This document shows, in pieces, positions 63,595-64,000 of a DNA stretch of 64,000 bases. This DNA comes from Candidatus Marsarchaeota archaeon (GTDB lineage Archaea; Micrarchaeota; Micrarchaeia; Micrarchaeales; Micrarchaeaceae), in contig JAMCYW010000015.1 of assembly GCA_023473255.1 (NCBI GenBank), positions 932 to 64,931 of the forward strand, read 5' to 3'. A program made the translations under genes and the position numbers. How positions within the stretch are numbered: position 1 is the first letter of the stretch; each line of letters starts with the position of its first letter. Under the pieces are notes generated by a model. It did not search any database. It had not been told where the DNA came from and saw only the letters and a list, made by a program, of their open reading frames with translations.

Positions 63595-63682
63595 TGGGCC
63601 CGCGGAGGGTCGAACTCCGATCTCCAGCGTGTAAAGCATATGCGCAATAAGCTTGGCATCTTAGCCGTTGGACGACGGGCCC
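63595..63682 (-). tRNA. tRNA-Val (anticodon UAC) with a proposed 16-nt intron in the anticodon stem (between 29 and 30)
   Basis: GGGCCCG...GATG-CCA[AGCTTATTGCGCATAT]GC-TTTACAC-GCTGG-AGAT-CGGAG-TTCGACC-CTCCG-CGGGCCC-A. A canonical anticodon arm CCAGC/GCTGG forms only after removing 16 nt. Confidence 0.65.
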
Positions 63683-63689
63683 ATAAAGA

Positions 63690-64000
63690 TTATTTTCCTG
63701 CATGTCTTATGCAAAAATTATTTATCTTATTAATTGAATAATCTAATATTCCTTTCGGTGCCAATGAGACTATCCTGAAATGCGATTCAGCTCCGAATCC
63801 TGACCCTCTTGTTACCTGTATGCCCTCTTCAAGCAGGAGCTTTTGCACGAATTCAGCATCATTTTTCATATGAAGCGCCTTTAAGTCTATCCTCGGCAAT
63901 ATGTAAAATGCGCCATTCGGCGCTACCGTTTTTATAAAACTATTGCTTTTTAGTATCCTCATGGAATGGTTGACCCTTTTTTCTATTTCTGCGGTCATAT
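63690..64000 (-). CDS. Class I/II aminotransferase, C-terminal fragment (5' end outside window)
   Basis: NGAFYILPRIDL...EGIQVTRGSGFGAESHFRIVSLAP is the typical C-terminal region of aspartate/aromatic aminotransferases. The frame runs off the window end. Confidence 0.65.
   Translation of the reverse strand, partial: MTAEIEKRVNHSMRILKSNSFIKTVAPNGAFYILPRIDLKALHMKNDAEFVQKLLLEEGIQVTRGSGFGAESHFRIVSLAPKGILDYSINKINNFCIRHAGK

Noticed and set aside
1-64000. CRISPR arrays, large tandem repeats, IS elements with terminal inverted repeats
   Set aside because: Reading through the intergenic regions, I found no regularly spaced direct repeats and no transposase-like ORFs. The only recombinase is the tyrosine integrase at 2820..3749.

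Overview
Compact archaeal chromosomal segment, about 40 % G+C by hand spot counts, coding on both strands. The lineage cannot be fixed from this window. An unlinked 5S rRNA, intron-bearing tRNAs, many N-x-S/T-rich membrane-anchored proteins and no S-layer-type genes fit a cell-wall-less acidophile (Thermoplasmata-like or DPANN/Micrarchaeota-like).

Core genes:
- RNA genes: orphan 5S rRNA and four tRNAs. Pro-CGG is intron-less. Ser-UGA has a canonical intron. Arg-UCU has a proposed T-loop intron. Val-UAC has a proposed intron in the anticodon stem.
- Metabolism and information processing: carA/carB, nuoHIJKLMN, secY, srp54, DRG GTPase, PriL-like primase subunit, geranylgeranyl reductase, CDP-alcohol phosphatidyltransferase, exonuclease III, TatD, acylphosphatase, L41e.
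- Transport: an ECF transporter module, an MFS transporter and a CPA2 antiporter.
- Envelope: GT-C and GT4 glycosyltransferases and about ten sequon-rich exported proteins.

Accessory DNA: positions 1..3948 are the right end of an AT-rich integrated element at tRNA-Pro. It carries a tyrosine integrase translationally coupled to an unannotated 58-aa ORF and a HEPN (RNxxAH) gene, plus an SPPY methyltransferase and an HNH endonuclease.

Most unusual observations:
1. An EcfA1-EcfA2 ATPase fused in frame to a Gpt-like purine phosphoribosyltransferase, followed by a free-standing paralogue.
2. A TATA-binding-protein homologue with only one TBP repeat and no ATG start.
3. A HerA/FtsK-type ATPase with a C-terminal nuclease-like domain.
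4. The orphan HEPN gene with its small partner ORF.
5. Stable RNA genes wedged between same-strand protein genes with spacers of 7-48 nt.

No CRISPR array was seen. All homology statements come from motif recognition by eye, not from database searches.
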